A stretch of DNA of 64,000 nt, taken from positions 1,063,936-1,127,935 of the forward strand of contig CAWKKR010000007.1 of the NCBI GenBank assembly GCA_963850305.1, given 5' to 3'. Numbering within the stretch: the stretch's first letter is position 1; the number at the start of each line of letters is the position of its first letter. This document shows positions 30,568-45,280 of this stretch, piece after piece. Source of the stretch: an uncultured delta proteobacterium. Its GTDB lineage: Bacteria; Myxococcota_A; Polyangia; Polyangiales; Polyangiaceae. The notes below the pieces were generated by a model that did no database searches, had not been told where the DNA came from, and saw only the letters and a program-made list of their open reading frames with translations. Made by a program: the position numbers and the translations under genes.

Positions 30568-31149
30568 ATGCAGCTCGGTTTCGAAAGTCTGAAGGGTCTC
30601 GATCGCGATCAGGTGATCTCGGTCGTCGAGCCCGTACTCCGCGCTCACGGCGTCGACGCGGTGGAGCTCATCTGGCGGTCGGACCAGCGAGGTTGGGTTC
30701 TCTACCTCACGGTGGAGCGCCCCGGCTCCGTCGAGCCGGCGGCGGGGATCACGCTCGACCTGTGCGCGGATATTTCTCGGGATCTGTCCGCCGCGCTCGA
30801 CGTGGCGGAGGTCATCATGGGCCCCCGCTACCGTCTGGAAGTGGGGTCTCCCGGCGTCGAACGCGCTCTCTACAGCGTGCGGGACTACGAGCGATTCGCG
30901 GGTCGTCGCGCAAAAGTGAAGACTCGCGAACCCATCGACGGGCAAAGGGTCCTTCACGGCACCCTCCACGGCCTGGACGAAGCGGGTCGAATCATCTTCG
31001 AAAGCGATGGACGCGAGCATCGGCTCCGGCCGGAGCAAATCGAGAGCGGACGGCTCTCGTTCGATTGGAAGGCCGCCCAGGGCGCATCGCGCGCACGGGA
31101 AGGTCGCGGACCGAGAGGCGCTCGTAGGCCCGCGCAGCGTGACAGGTGA
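30568..31149 (+). CDS. rimP: Ribosome maturation factor RimP
   Basis: GITLDLCADISRDLSAALDV, YRLEVGSPGVERAL; first gene of the nusA-infB operon. Confidence 0.93.
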   Translation: MQLGFESLKGLDRDQVISVVEPVLRAHGVDAVELIWRSDQRGWVLYLTVERPGSVEPAAGITLDLCADISRDLSAALDVAEVIMGPRYRLEVGSPGVERALYSVRDYERFAGRRAKVKTREPIDGQRVLHGTLHGLDEAGRIIFESDGREHRLRPEQIESGRLSFDWKAAQGASRAREGRGPRGARRPAQRDR

Positions 31150-31154
31150 AGGCA

Positions 31155-32813
31155 ATGGCATCATCCGAAGCCGGGTTCGAAGGCAGCCTGGGGCACATCA
31201 TCGATCAGGTCGCCCAGGAAAAGGGGATCGACAGGCAAGTCCTCGTCGAGACGATGGAGGCGGCGATTCTCAAGGCGGCGCAGGCCGCATTCGGTCCCGC
31301 CCGTGAGCTCGAAGCTCGCTACAATGAAGACACGGGTTCGATCGATCTCTTCCAGTACATGACCGTGGTGGAGGAGGTCGCGGACGTCGAGCGCGAGATT
31401 GCTCTCGACATCGCGACGAAGCATGGCCTCGATGCGGCGCTCGGAGAAGAGCTCGGGTTTCAGGTGTTCTGGCACCCCCGAGACGCGGAGCGAGCGCGCC
31501 AGCAGGACAAGGAGTTCGGCGCCGTGCTGGACATGCGTCAGGCACGAAGCGCGTTCGGTCGCATTGCGGCGCAGACGGCGAAGCAGGTGCTGCTGCAGCG
31601 GGTTCGCGACGCGGAACGTGACCTCATCTACAACGAGTACAAGGACAAGAAGGGCCAGCTCATCCGCGGGATCATCCGCAGGTTCGAGAAAGGTCACAAC
31701 GTCATCGTGGATCTCGGGAAGACCGAGGGCGTTCTGTCTCACCGCGAGCAGACGCCGCGCGAGACGTATCGGCCTGGTGATCGCATCGTCGCGTACGTCA
31801 AGGACATCGACCGCGAGGCGCGCGGCCCGCTCGTCATTCTGAGCCGCAGCGATCCCAGACTCGTGGACAAGCTCTTCGAGGCCGAGGTGCCGGAGATCTA
31901 CGAGGGCATCGTCAAGATCGTCGGTGTGGCCCGAGAACCGGGATCACGCAGTAAGATTGCCGTCAGCACGAGAGACCCCGACGTCGATCCCGTCGGCGCC
32001 TGCGTCGGCATCAAGGGGTCGCGGGTGCAGGCCGTGGTCCAGGAGCTTCGCGGCGAAAAGATCGACATCGTCCCGTTCGACGCGGACCCCGCGCGGTACA
32101 TCATCGCGGCAATTCAGCCGGCCGAGGTGAACAAGGTGATCGTGGACGAGGCGGATCACCGGATGGAGTTGGTCGTCCCGGACGAAAAGCTGTCGCTTGC
32201 CATCGGGCGCAAGGGTCAGAACGTGAGACTCGCGTCCCAGCTTACTGGGTGGAAGCTCGACATCATCTCCGAGAGCAAGTTCAAGCAGATGGAGGAAGAG
32301 GCCCTGGCCGCCTTCCGCCAGATGGACGGTATCAACGAGGATCTCGCACGAGCAATGTACCGGCTCGGCTTCCGCGCACTGGAAGAACTCGCCGAAGCGA
32401 GCATCGAGGAACTCGTGACGATCGACGGCATCGCGAACGCGGCGGAGGCTCAAGCGCTGCGCGACGGCGCAGGTTCGACGATGGAGCGGCTGCGGAGCGA
32501 GCGCATCGCCTCGGCAAAAACGAGCCTGGAGCCACCGACGGAGCGCGATATTCTCCGGCTCGTCCGGGGCGTGGGCGTGCGAACGCTCCAGTTCCTCGAG
32601 GAGGGCGGCTATCGCGGCGTCCAGGACGTCGTTCGCGAGGATCCCGATCGACTGGCGATCCGGAGCGGGCTCTCCCACAAAAAGGCGCGCGCGGTTCAAG
32701 CAGCAACGCGGGAATTCATCGAGCGTGAAGCAAAAGAGATCGAGGTGGCCCGAGCCTCGATCGTCCCGGTCGCTACCGCAAACGTACGCGTGAGCGACGA
32801 CGTGGGAAGGTGA
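31155..32813 (+). CDS. nusA: Transcription termination/antitermination factor NusA with C-terminal extension
   Basis: [56 protein letters not shown]. Confidence 0.97.
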   Translation: MASSEAGFEGSLGHIIDQVAQEKGIDRQVLVETMEAAILKAAQAAFGPARELEARYNEDTGSIDLFQYMTVVEEVADVEREIALDIATKHGLDAALGEELGFQVFWHPRDAERARQQDKEFGAVLDMRQARSAFGRIAAQTAKQVLLQRVRDAERDLIYNEYKDKKGQLIRGIIRRFEKGHNVIVDLGKTEGVLSHREQTPRETYRPGDRIVAYVKDIDREARGPLVILSRSDPRLVDKLFEAEVPEIYEGIVKIVGVAREPGSRSKIAVSTRDPDVDPVGACVGIKGSRVQAVVQELRGEKIDIVPFDADPARYIIAAIQPAEVNKVIVDEADHRMELVVPDEKLSLAIGRKGQNVRLASQLTGWKLDIISESKFKQMEEEALAAFRQMDGINEDLARAMYRLGFRALEELAEASIEELVTIDGIANAAEAQALRDGAGSTMERLRSERIASAKTSLEPPTERDILRLVRGVGVRTLQFLEEGGYRGVQDVVREDPDRLAIRSGLSHKKARAVQAATREFIEREAKEIEVARASIVPVATANVRVSDDVGR

Positions 32814-32817
32814 CGGC

Positions 32818-33413
32818 GTGCGCACTTGCGTGGGTTGTCGAAAGGAAGACGAGTCGGACGCGATGATTCGACTCGTCATCGGCGATGACGGTGAGCTGGG
32901 CGTAGATCTCGCGGGGCGAGCTTTCGGTCGCGGCGCGTGGGTTCATGCACGCGAGGCGTGTCTGGCGCGGGCCGCGACCGGCGGCGCCGCCAAGAGCTTC
33001 AAGCAGGCCGTTCGAACCGACGCAGAGACGCTCGTTCTCGCGGTTCGCACGGCGGCCGATCGGCGTCTCGAAGGTCTTCTGGCGTCGGCCCGCGGTGCGG
33101 GCTGCGTCGCGGCGGGGGCCGACGTGGCGCGTGCGGCGTACGATCAGGGCCGCGCCGACCTCGTGGTCGTCGCCACGGACGGACGGTCTTCGGCGCAGCT
33201 GGGGTTCGTCAACGCGGCCGTGGCCGCCGGCAAGGCGATTGCCTGGGGAACGAAGGATCGCATCGGGCGCGCCACCGGTCGACCGGACACGGCGGTCGTC
33301 GCGATTTTGGATCGAGGCTTTGCGGAAGCCATCGCTCGCGCGAATGGTCTCTCTTCGATGCCTGCAACAGCAGCGTCGCACGAAGGTTCCAAGGACGGGT
33401 TGGTGGAGATTCG

Positions 33414-33417
<4 letters not shown>
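32818..33417 (+). CDS. ylxR: YlxR (DUF448) domain fused to an L7Ae/YlxQ-like domain
   Basis: RTCVGCR...GRGAWV (YlxR), then LLASARGAGCVAAG...LVVVATD...GTKDRIGRATGR...VVAILDRGFA (L7Ae-like). Confidence 0.85.
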
Positions 33418-36068
<2,651 letters not shown>

Positions 36069-36130
36069 GACTCGGCCGTGGAAAGCTCGTCCGATGGGGA
36101 CGACCGTCTCGCGCGCGCTAAGCTTCTCGC

Positions 36131-36478
36131 ATGTTCGTCGGTGTGCTTCGCGTCGTGCTGCAGATCCCCGGAGCGCGGTCGTTGAAGGACCGGCGACAGG
36201 TGGTGCGCAGCTTCAAGGACAGGGTTCGGGCACGGCTACGAGTGTCGGTCGCGGAAGTGGGCGACGTGGAACGCTGGCAGGTGGCGACGATAGGCATTGC
36301 CGTCGTGTCGAGGGACAAGGCGTCGGTGGACCAGACCTTGTCACACGCGATCTCGATTGCGCGTTCCCTTGCCGACGGCGTCGTCGCCGACGTTCGCACC
36401 GAGGTCTTGCCGTTCGGGACGGGCGGAAGAGCCATTCAAGGCGGCGTCGAATCCTTGCTGGATGAGGAGCGATCGTGA
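36131..36478 (+). CDS. DUF503 (YlxP-like) protein
   Basis: IPGARSLKDRRQVV...VSVAEV; conserved position between infB and rbfA. Confidence 0.88.
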   Translation: MFVGVLRVVLQIPGARSLKDRRQVVRSFKDRVRARLRVSVAEVGDVERWQVATIGIAVVSRDKASVDQTLSHAISIARSLADGVVADVRTEVLPFGTGGRAIQGGVESLLDEERS

Positions 36479-36849
36479 GCACCGGAGACGGCCTGCGCGC
36501 GCGCCGGGTCGCGACTGCCATTCGACAGCGGCTCACCGATCTCCTTGCGCGGGACGTCTCCGAGCGATCGCTTTCAGGGCTGGTCATCACGGAGGTCGCG
36601 CTGCCGGACGACCTGAGCATTGCGTGGGTGAAGACCCGGCTCCTTGTTGGCGGCGATGACCCGAAGCAGCGTCGCGCTGCTCTTCGCAGTCTCGAGCGCG
36701 CATCGGGCCGTTTGCGACGCGGTCTTGCCAGAGGACTTGGCCTGAAGCGCGTCCCGGAAATTCGGTTCGTCTACGACACTGGAGTGGACGCCGTGGCTCG
36801 GATCGACGAACTCTTGAAGGAAATATCAGACCCGCACAAGGGCAGTTAA
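36475..36849 (+). CDS. rbfA: Ribosome-binding factor A
   Basis: RARRVA, ITEVALPDDLSIA, LKRVPEIRFVYD...RIDELL. Confidence 0.92.
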   Translation: MSTGDGLRARRVATAIRQRLTDLLARDVSERSLSGLVITEVALPDDLSIAWVKTRLLVGGDDPKQRRAALRSLERASGRLRRGLARGLGLKRVPEIRFVYDTGVDAVARIDELLKEISDPHKGS

Positions 36850-36960
36850 GTAGTTGAGACTATTTAATATTCTCCCGGTCGCTGATCCCGTCATCGCCAG
36901 GCGCGACGGCTACCGACACTCGCAGACCCAGGGGCCGAGGGACCAGGGTAGGATGATGTA

Positions 36961-38655
36961 ATGACTTCGGCGATACCATCGTCCGACGCTTGGAGGGCCT
37001 CGCTCGTTGGGGGTCGGTATCGCTTGGAGCGCCAACTAGGAAGCGGGGGGATGGGGACGGTCTTCGTGGCGGTGGACGAGTCCACTGGCCATCGCGTTGC
37101 GCTGAAGCGGCCCGGATCGAACGCGAGTGGGGATACGACGCGCCGAAAGGGGCGCCCCGCGGATGAGGGGCTCGGCGAGTTCCAGCGCGAGTACGCGCTG
37201 CTCGCCCATCTCCGTCACCCGAGCATCGTCAGGGCTTACGACTACGGCATCGACACCACTCCATACTTCACGATGGAGCTAGTCGGCGGACGAGACTTGC
37301 GCACGATGGGACGGCGCCCGTTCCGGATTGCGTGCGAATACGTTCGCGACGTCGCCTCCGCACTCGCATTGCTCCACGCGCAGGGATTGGCGCATCGCGA
37401 TGTCAGCCCGCGAAATGTCCGCGTGACGACCGAAGGCCGCGCCAAATTGTTCGACTTCGGTACCGTGGCCTTCTTTGGCGCGGCGCCTGACATCGCTGGC
37501 ACGCCCTCCTGCGCGGCGCCCGAAACGCTCCACGGCGGCCTCATCGATCGCCGTACGGATGTGTTTTCGCTCGGGAGCGTCCTTTATTGGCTTCTCACGG
37601 GGCGTGATGCATTCCTCGCGCGGACGTTCGCGGATCGGTGGCGGCCTGGCAACGGACGCATCGTCGTTCCGCCGTCGCGCCTGACCAGAAGCATACCGGA
37701 TTCGCTGGACTCGCTCGTCGCATCGATGGTGGCTTGGGATCCGGCGTTCCGTCCCGGATCAGTCGTCGAGGTCATGGACGCCCTCGAAGAGATTGCCGGC
37801 TTGCCCCCCGAACCTCGCGTGAATGTTGCGCGGGCGTACGCAGAGAGTGCGAAGACCGTGGGCCGCGCGGCGGAGGTCGAACTCATGGCTCGATGCATCG
37901 ACCGCGGACTTTCGGGCGGAGGCGGAGCGGCCTTGGTGGAAGGGGGCTCCGGGGCCGGCAAGACGCGGTTCTTGCATGAAGCTGCCGTCCTTGCCCGGCT
38001 TCGAGGCGCGACGGTCCTCGAGGTCGACGGTGCCCGATCCCGTGAGGAAGGCCTGGCCCGGGCGCTGGCGGAGGCGTTGATCGTCGCGTGCCCCTCCGAT
38101 CCGACCTCGAGAGCGCTGGCACACGCGCGGCATCTTCGTGAAGCGTCGTCGGCGTTCGTCGAACGACGCGCTGGGCGCGCCGACGCTCTGCCGTCGTGCG
38201 AACGAGCGAGGCGCGCCTGCACGGCGGTCACGATGAAGCTCTCCGAATTTGCCGCGCGGCGTCCGCTTGCCGTCGTCATCGACGACGTGGATCACCTCGC
38301 GGAAGAATCGTTAGGTTTGGTCAGGGCGCTATCGCTGGCGGCCCGCGGGCGCCGGCTCGCCCTCGTTTCGAGCGCGAGAGACGCAGCCGAGTGCAAGGCC
38401 ACGTTCAGCGACTCCATTGCCCTGCGCCCGCTCGGCGAAGACTCGATCGCCGAGCTCGAGCGATCGATGCTCGGTCATGTCGGTGGCGACGGACGTCGCG
38501 TGCCCGGGCTTCTCGCGAAGAGTGCGGGGAACCCGCGTGCTTGCGTGGAGTCGATTGCAGCGCTCCTTCGAGACGAACGGGTTCGTTACGCTTCCGGTCC
38601 CTGGCAGCTCGACGTGAAACCCCTGCTCGAGCCGCCGCTCGAATGCGCGGGTTGA
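36961..38655 (+). CDS. Ser/Thr protein kinase fused to an AAA/STAND-type ATPase domain
   Basis: LGSGGMGTV, VALKR, HRDVSPRN, DFG, APE; Walker A GGSGAGKT, Walker B VVIDD, SAGNP. Confidence 0.85.
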   Translation: MTSAIPSSDAWRASLVGGRYRLERQLGSGGMGTVFVAVDESTGHRVALKRPGSNASGDTTRRKGRPADEGLGEFQREYALLAHLRHPSIVRAYDYGIDTTPYFTMELVGGRDLRTMGRRPFRIACEYVRDVASALALLHAQGLAHRDVSPRNVRVTTEGRAKLFDFGTVAFFGAAPDIAGTPSCAAPETLHGGLIDRRTDVFSLGSVLYWLLTGRDAFLARTFADRWRPGNGRIVVPPSRLTRSIPDSLDSLVASMVAWDPAFRPGSVVEVMDALEEIAGLPPEPRVNVARAYAESAKTVGRAAEVELMARCIDRGLSGGGGAALVEGGSGAGKTRFLHEAAVLARLRGATVLEVDGARSREEGLARALAEALIVACPSDPTSRALAHARHLREASSAFVERRAGRADALPSCERARRACTAVTMKLSEFAARRPLAVVIDDVDHLAEESLGLVRALSLAARGRRLALVSSARDAAECKATFSDSIALRPLGEDSIAELERSMLGHVGGDGRRVPGLLAKSAGNPRACVESIAALLRDERVRYASGPWQLDVKPLLEPPLECAG

Positions 38656-38672
38656 TGGGATGAAGGTGTCGA

Positions 38673-40067
<1,395 letters not shown>

Positions 40068-40074
40068 CCGCGCG

Positions 40075-40115
40075 GAGCGAAATTGCTCTCGCTCGGAACA
40101 AGAGCGCTCTTGCTC
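40075..40115. promoter_or_regulatory. Tandem palindromic sites GAGCGAAATTGCTC (40075-40088) and GAGCGCTCTTGCTC (40102-40115), candidate upstream activator sequences
   Basis: Two GAGC-N6-GCTC palindromes 27 bp apart, about 110-150 bp upstream of a sigma54-type promoter. Confidence 0.5.
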
Positions 40116-40224
40116 CAGCGCGGCACCTGGTACCTCGGGATCGTCTTGGCCGTGCCTCGGGTCGCGCAGTGCCGATCTCGGCCACGCGGTCCGACAATCC
40201 AAGGAGGTCGTTCTTTGATGATAC

Positions 40225-40240
40225 GGGCATCGATCTTGCA
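40225..40240 (+). promoter_or_regulatory. Putative sigma54 (-24/-12) promoter GGGCATCGATCTTGCA
   Basis: GG-N10-GC spacing with GGCA...TTGCA, matching TGGCACnnnnnTTGCW; upstream of the TetR gene. Confidence 0.6.
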
Positions 40241-40303
40241 GTCGTTCTCGCGGGTGCACCACGATTAAGAGGGCGAATCGTCGCAGCTCTCGGGAGAATA
40301 GCG

Positions 40304-41128
40304 ATGTCAGAATCCAATGGTCTGCGGGGCTACGAATCAGGGTCGGAAGCGTCGCCGTTACCGGCAGTTGTACTTCGCGCGGGCGAACAGCGGCAGGATG
40401 CCGACCGATCGAAGATACCGGCTTCCCCGTCGGGGGCCGTCGATTGGAGCAAACCGCGCGTCGCCGCGATCTTACGAGCCGCCGTACACTGCTTTTCGCG
40501 CTCCGGTTTCGACACCACCACGGCCGAGATCGCAGCCGAGATCGGGATCCCGAAGAGCGTCATTTATCACTATTTCGAAGACAAGACGACGCTCGTCCGA
40601 GAGGCTCAGCGGTTCGCTTATTCCGAGCATCTCGCGAAAGTGAAGGAGGCGCTCGGGGGGATTCACGATCGCGCAGGCCGTGCGGTCGTCGAGGTTCTCC
40701 GGCAAATGTGGCGGATTCCAGAGGTCCGCGACATCGGCTTTCAGCTCGGGATCTGGAGCGAGCTTCGCAATGACGGCCGTGTTCGCGAGCAAGCCGTCGC
40801 GCTTCGCCGCGAACATCACAGGATGATTGCGACCGGGGTTGCGCGTGCGCTCAACATCGACGTCGATGACCCGGCGCGCACGGAGCCATTGTCGACTCTC
40901 GTGGTCGCGGCGCTGACCGGTCTGTCGCTCGAGGCTTTCATCGAAGGGGACGACAAGCTCACATCCGAGGCGCACGAGCTCTTCCTGCGCCTCCTCGAAC
41001 TCGGCGTCGAGCGATTCGCGAAGCGCCCGGACTCGGAGATCCCGCCGGCTTCCGCTCCCATCCTCACGCCGACCATGCCTTCGCCGGCTTACGACGCGCT
41101 GCCGTCGCTGGGCGACGTGCTGAGCTAG
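40304..41128 (+). CDS. TetR/AcrR family transcriptional regulator
   Basis: ILRAAVHCFSRSGF.TTTAEIAAEIGIPKSVIYHYFEDK; GGAGA RBS before ATG 40304. Confidence 0.9.
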   Translation: MSESNGLRGYESGSEASPLPAVVLRAGEQRQDADRSKIPASPSGAVDWSKPRVAAILRAAVHCFSRSGFDTTTAEIAAEIGIPKSVIYHYFEDKTTLVREAQRFAYSEHLAKVKEALGGIHDRAGRAVVEVLRQMWRIPEVRDIGFQLGIWSELRNDGRVREQAVALRREHHRMIATGVARALNIDVDDPARTEPLSTLVVAALTGLSLEAFIEGDDKLTSEAHELFLRLLELGVERFAKRPDSEIPPASAPILTPTMPSPAYDALPSLGDVLS

Positions 41129-41180
41129 GTCGCTCTGCGGTCCGGCAGCGGGGACCGGCCAAGATCTTCACGGAAGGCAG

Positions 41181-41230
41181 AAATACGGAAGGGGTCGGAT
41201 CCCTGGTCCCTTCCGCATTTCTTTCTTCTT
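41181..41230 (+). terminator. Intrinsic terminator-like hairpin between convergent TetR and OmpA-family genes
   Basis: GGAAGGGGTCGG-ATCC-CTGGTCCCTTCC followed by a T-rich tail. Confidence 0.55.
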
Positions 41231-41395
41231 AAGGGCCGTCGCGCCGCAGCCTGCGCGGAGGCCCCGCTTGCGAAGACCGCCGCGGCATCCGCACGGGTGA
41301 GCCTCGCAGCTTACGAACGTACGGCGACGAGCGAGAGCGCGCAGGCGCTCCGGTGCTCCGGTGCTCCAAGCAATCGGGCCTCCGCGCGCAGCCGC

Positions 41396-44212
41396 TCACT
41401 TCTGGATGATGATCTGCACGCGCCGATTCTTGGCGCGATTCGCGTCGTTCGTGTTGGGGACGAGGGGCTTCTCCTGCCCGTATCCGCGCGCGGTGAGGCG
41501 ATTCTGCTCGACCCCGTTCAGAATCAGCGCTTCGCGCACTGCGTTCGCCCGTTCCGAGCTCAGGCGCAGGTTGTACGCCGCTGGACCCGTGTCGTCCGTG
41601 TGGCCCTGGATCTCGACACTCGGGATCTCCGGGTGACTCTGGAGCGCGTCGGCGATCTCCTCGATGATGCCCATGGAGTCCGGCAGGATCTCGGCCGAGT
41701 CCACCTGGAAATGCACGGCCTTCTTGAGCTTCAGTTCCGTGCGGGTCACAACGACGTTCGGCGTCCGCGGGCGCTTCGTGAGCGACACCTGCGCCGTGAC
41801 GTCCTCGTGCGCCTTCACGTCGATCTCCATGACGGCGCGAAGGTACCCTTGTGCCTCCGCGGAGATCGTGACGGGGCCGGGGGGCACGTTCTCGAAGCGG
41901 AACGACCCCGTCGCGTCCGCGGCGAGCGAGAGCGAGCGGTTCAGCTTGTCCGTGATCTTCACGTCCGCGCCCGGAACGGCAGCGCCGGATTCCGAGTCCC
42001 GGAGCTGACCATTCACGTTGCCGACCTTCGGCAGTGACTCGAGCTCGCACGTGACGGTCGCGCTCGGTGCCCCTGGCATGGCCCCGGGCTGCGGCAACGG
42101 GGTTCCGGGTTCGCCCTGCTGCGGACCGGTCTGAGCGCCGTAAGGGTTCGGCTGAGCGCCAGGCTGAGCGCCGCCGTAAGGGTTCGGCTGAGCGCCAGGC
42201 TGAGCGCCGTAAGGGTTCGGCTGAGCGCCAGGCTGAGCGCCGTAAGGGTTCGGCTGAGCGCCAGGCTGAGCGCCGTAGGGGTTCGGCTGAGCGCCGTAAG
42301 CACCGGGCTGGGCGCCGTAAGGGTTCGGCTGAGCGCCGGGCTGCGTTCCGTACGGGCTCTGTTGCGCTCCGTACGCGCCTTGTTGCGCGCCATAACCCGA
42401 ACCTGGAGCACCCGGCTGTCCCGGCTGCGCTCCGTACGGCGGCGCGGTGCTCGGCTGACCCGGGTAGCCCGGCGCGCTCGCGAACGGAATCGTCGCGTTG
42501 CACTGACCGTCGCGATACCCGGATGCCGACACGTTGAACGTGTAGGTCCCGGGCTCGAGATCCCCGGTGCGGAAAGTGCCGTCCGACGTCGCGATCATGC
42601 CCGTCAGGTTGCGACCGTCGAAACGGACCAGAGCGTCCGCAACCGGCACGCCCGAACCCTTCTCGACGACGGTTCCCGCGATGAAGTGCGGCTGCGGGGG
42701 CGGGGGCGCCTTTTCCTCCGTCTTCGACGCTTCGACGCGCTGGACCTCGACCGTCGGTTGAGTGTCTGCGGCGTAGGAGATGCCGAAGAACAGGTCCCAC
42801 GGCATCTCGGGGACCACTTCCTCGATGAAGTTCGACGTCGCGCCCGTGCCGATGTCGAGCGCGCCGAGGAACGCGAGCCCCTCGAAGCCATTCGAGAACG
42901 GGTGCACCCGCGTGCCGATCGTCAGGCGAGACGGAAATGCGCTGAAGCTCCCGTCGCTGCCCAGACACCTGTCGCCCGCGGCGCTCTCGGAGATTTGGCA
43001 GACGTACCCTTGACGGTTCACGGGCAGGTCCACCGTCCATTCCGCGAACGGGCGCACCGGTTTCCACGCGCCCTCCACGCCGAGCCCGACGCGCAGCGTG
43101 TCCACGCGGCTGATGTCCAGCCCGAACCGCTCGATGCGCGTGATGCGCGCCCCGCCGTTCTCCTTCTCGATGCCCTGGACGAGCTTGCCCGAGTTATCGA
43201 ACAAGTATCCGACGTTCAGATGGATACGGAGCGGAATGGGCTTCGTGCCCTCCGGCTGATTGTCGAAGTCGGCCGTCGCGAGCGCACGCACGCCGAAGCT
43301 CGCATTGTCGATACCGACCTGGCCCGTACCGTTGAGGAGCCACAGTTCCGCCGAACCGCCGGCGCTGAAGATCGAGTGCCGGTCGAACGGCGTGAAGGCC
43401 TTCACGCCGATGTCCGTGTCTCCCAGGACCTGGAGCAACCGGGGCGTCCCGAGGCTGTCCGACGTGGCCGTCGTGTGCACCCCGAGGTAGCCCTCGAGAT
43501 ACGGCAAGGGCGTCGCGCTGACGCCCACGTCGCCGCCGGCGTGCGTCGCGCTATCCTTCTGGTTCGGGCTACCGCCGCCCGCGACGGCGCAGAGCGGACA
43601 GAGAAAACCGGACCCGCTGTAGTAACTCCCGAGCAGCGAGAAGCGGAACGTGCCGACCGGTCCCGAGCCCGCGGCGTAGGTCCGGAGCAAGCCCGTCGCA
43701 CCGTCCATCGTGTTCTCGATGCGCAGGTTGTTCCGCCGATCGTCGACCGCCTCTTGCGCGAGCGTTGCCGCGTCCGGAGGCGGTGGTGCCGCCGCTTCGG
43801 GCTGGCCGTATTGCCCGGGGGCGCCGTTCGGGTACGCCCAGCTCGGCGCGTAGCCCTGGGGCGCGGCGCCCGGCTGTGACGGTGGCTGTCCGTAGCCCGG
43901 ATACGGCTGGCCCTGAGCCGGATAGGCGCCAGGCTGCTGCGCGCCGGGTGGCTGTGCGCCAGGTGCAGGCGGATAGGTGGGCTGCCCGTAGTTCGGCGGT
44001 GCGCTCGGCGCGGCCGGTGCGGCCCCCTGCGGCGGCGCGTATCCTTGCGGCGGCGCGGCCCCTTGCGGTGGGGTGGGTGTGTACCCCTGCGGCGGCGCAT
44101 ATCCCTGTGGCGGCGCATACCCTTGCGGCGGCGGTTGTTGCGCGAGCACGCGGCTCGCGAACGCAACCGAACAAAGGGACAGCCCCGAAATGATTCCGTT
44201 GGATCGACGCAT
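41396..44212 (-). CDS. OmpA-family protein: signal peptide, PQGY-rich disordered region, beta-barrel-like region, two carboxypeptidase-regulatory-like domains, OmpA C-terminal peptidoglycan-binding domain
   Basis: VHFQVDSAEI, IQGHTDD, NLRLSSERANAV, GYGQEKP, NRRV; GTVVEKGSGVPVADA and GQLRDSESGAAVPGA. Confidence 0.88.
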   Translation of the reverse strand: MRRSNGIISGLSLCSVAFASRVLAQQPPPQGYAPPQGYAPPQGYTPTPPQGAAPPQGYAPPQGAAPAAPSAPPNYGQPTYPPAPGAQPPGAQQPGAYPAQGQPYPGYGQPPSQPGAAPQGYAPSWAYPNGAPGQYGQPEAAAPPPPDAATLAQEAVDDRRNNLRIENTMDGATGLLRTYAAGSGPVGTFRFSLLGSYYSGSGFLCPLCAVAGGGSPNQKDSATHAGGDVGVSATPLPYLEGYLGVHTTATSDSLGTPRLLQVLGDTDIGVKAFTPFDRHSIFSAGGSAELWLLNGTGQVGIDNASFGVRALATADFDNQPEGTKPIPLRIHLNVGYLFDNSGKLVQGIEKENGGARITRIERFGLDISRVDTLRVGLGVEGAWKPVRPFAEWTVDLPVNRQGYVCQISESAAGDRCLGSDGSFSAFPSRLTIGTRVHPFSNGFEGLAFLGALDIGTGATSNFIEEVVPEMPWDLFFGISYAADTQPTVEVQRVEASKTEEKAPPPPQPHFIAGTVVEKGSGVPVADALVRFDGRNLTGMIATSDGTFRTGDLEPGTYTFNVSASGYRDGQCNATIPFASAPGYPGQPSTAPPYGAQPGQPGAPGSGYGAQQGAYGAQQSPYGTQPGAQPNPYGAQPGAYGAQPNPYGAQPGAQPNPYGAQPGAQPNPYGAQPGAQPNPYGGAQPGAQPNPYGAQTGPQQGEPGTPLPQPGAMPGAPSATVTCELESLPKVGNVNGQLRDSESGAAVPGADVKITDKLNRSLSLAADATGSFRFENVPPGPVTISAEAQGYLRAVMEIDVKAHEDVTAQVSLTKRPRTPNVVVTRTELKLKKAVHFQVDSAEILPDSMGIIEEIADALQSHPEIPSVEIQGHTDDTGPAAYNLRLSSERANAVREALILNGVEQNRLTARGYGQEKPLVPNTNDANRAKNRRVQIIIQK
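42131..42350. repeat. Intragenic ~33-nt tandem repeat encoding GAQPGAQPNPY (six QPNPY units)
   Basis: ctgagcgccaggctgagcgccgtaagggttcgg repeated with small variants. Confidence 0.9.
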
Positions 44213-44341
44213 TCTTCCTCGCCTTCCCTGCTTCGGATCGTGCCCGCGGGCGCGCCCTCACCGACCCAAGGCAGGGTTCGAGGCGAACATTATCATCATC
44301 CTTTCGGAAAGCGCCGGAAGAACTAGTAAACTCCCCTCGAA

Positions 44342-45280
44342 GTGTCCGACGTTCTGATCAAGGTCGACGGCCTCGGCAAGGTGTTCCGTCAGGGCTTCTG
44401 GATGCGCAAGGTCGAGGCCGTGAAGGCCGTGTCGTTCGAGGTCCGCGCGGGCCACATTTATGGCTTTCTGGGCCCAAATGGCGCGGGCAAGACCACGACG
44501 ATCAAGATGCTCACCGGGCTCATCGCGCCGACGAGCGGTACCGCGACCGTCTTCGGTGAGGCCGTCCCCAGCCCGAAAGCGATGCGGCGCGTTGGATTCT
44601 TGCCGGAGAGCCCTTACATCTATCCTTATTTGAGTGCGCGCGAGTTCGTCGAGATGTGCGCGCGCCTGTCGGGGCTCTCGCGGCGAGACGCCCGGAGTCG
44701 CACCGAACACGTGCTCGATCAGGTGAGCATCCTCTACGCCGCCGACCGCCCCGCCCGGAAACTGTCCAAGGGCATGCTCCAGCGCGCGGGTCTCGCCGCG
44801 GCCCTCGTCGCGAACCCGGAGCTTCTGATCCTCGACGAGCCGATGAGCGGACTCGACCCCGTCGGGCGCAAGGAAGTCCGCGATCTCATCGCCAGGGAGC
44901 GCGACCAGGGCCGCACGATCTTCTTTTCCACGCACATACTCAGCGACGTGGAAACTCTCTGCGACCATGTCACCATTCTCCGGCAAGGTCGCGTCCTCGT
45001 GACGGGCGAGCTCTCGAAGCTGCTTCGCCGCGACGTGCAGCGGATGGAAGTCACCGTGGTCGGCGCGCCGCAGAGCTTCGAGCAGTGGTGCACGGCCGCC
45101 GGATACTCGATGAAGGCCCGTGCGAACCGCACCAGCGTCGATGTCCTGGGAGCGGAAGCTCTCGCCCTCGTGTTGCGGAAAGTCGTCGATGACGGCCTGA
45201 CCGTCGCGGAGATCGTGCCGCGCTCCGAGTCGCTCGAAGACCTCTTCGTGCGCGAAGCGATCACCGAGACCCTTTCGTGA
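44342..45280 (+). CDS. ABC transporter ATP-binding protein (ABC-2/exporter type)
   Basis: GPNGAGKTT, LSKGM, LILDEP, STH. Confidence 0.93.
   Translation: MSDVLIKVDGLGKVFRQGFWMRKVEAVKAVSFEVRAGHIYGFLGPNGAGKTTTIKMLTGLIAPTSGTATVFGEAVPSPKAMRRVGFLPESPYIYPYLSAREFVEMCARLSGLSRRDARSRTEHVLDQVSILYAADRPARKLSKGMLQRAGLAAALVANPELLILDEPMSGLDPVGRKEVRDLIARERDQGRTIFFSTHILSDVETLCDHVTILRQGRVLVTGELSKLLRRDVQRMEVTVVGAPQSFEQWCTAAGYSMKARANRTSVDVLGAEALALVLRKVVDDGLTVAEIVPRSESLEDLFVREAITETLS

Noticed and set aside
41231..41395. Possible riboswitch or sRNA in the GC-rich convergent intergenic region
   Set aside because: No recognisable aptamer consensus, it lies at gene 3' ends, and pairing potential is expected at this GC content
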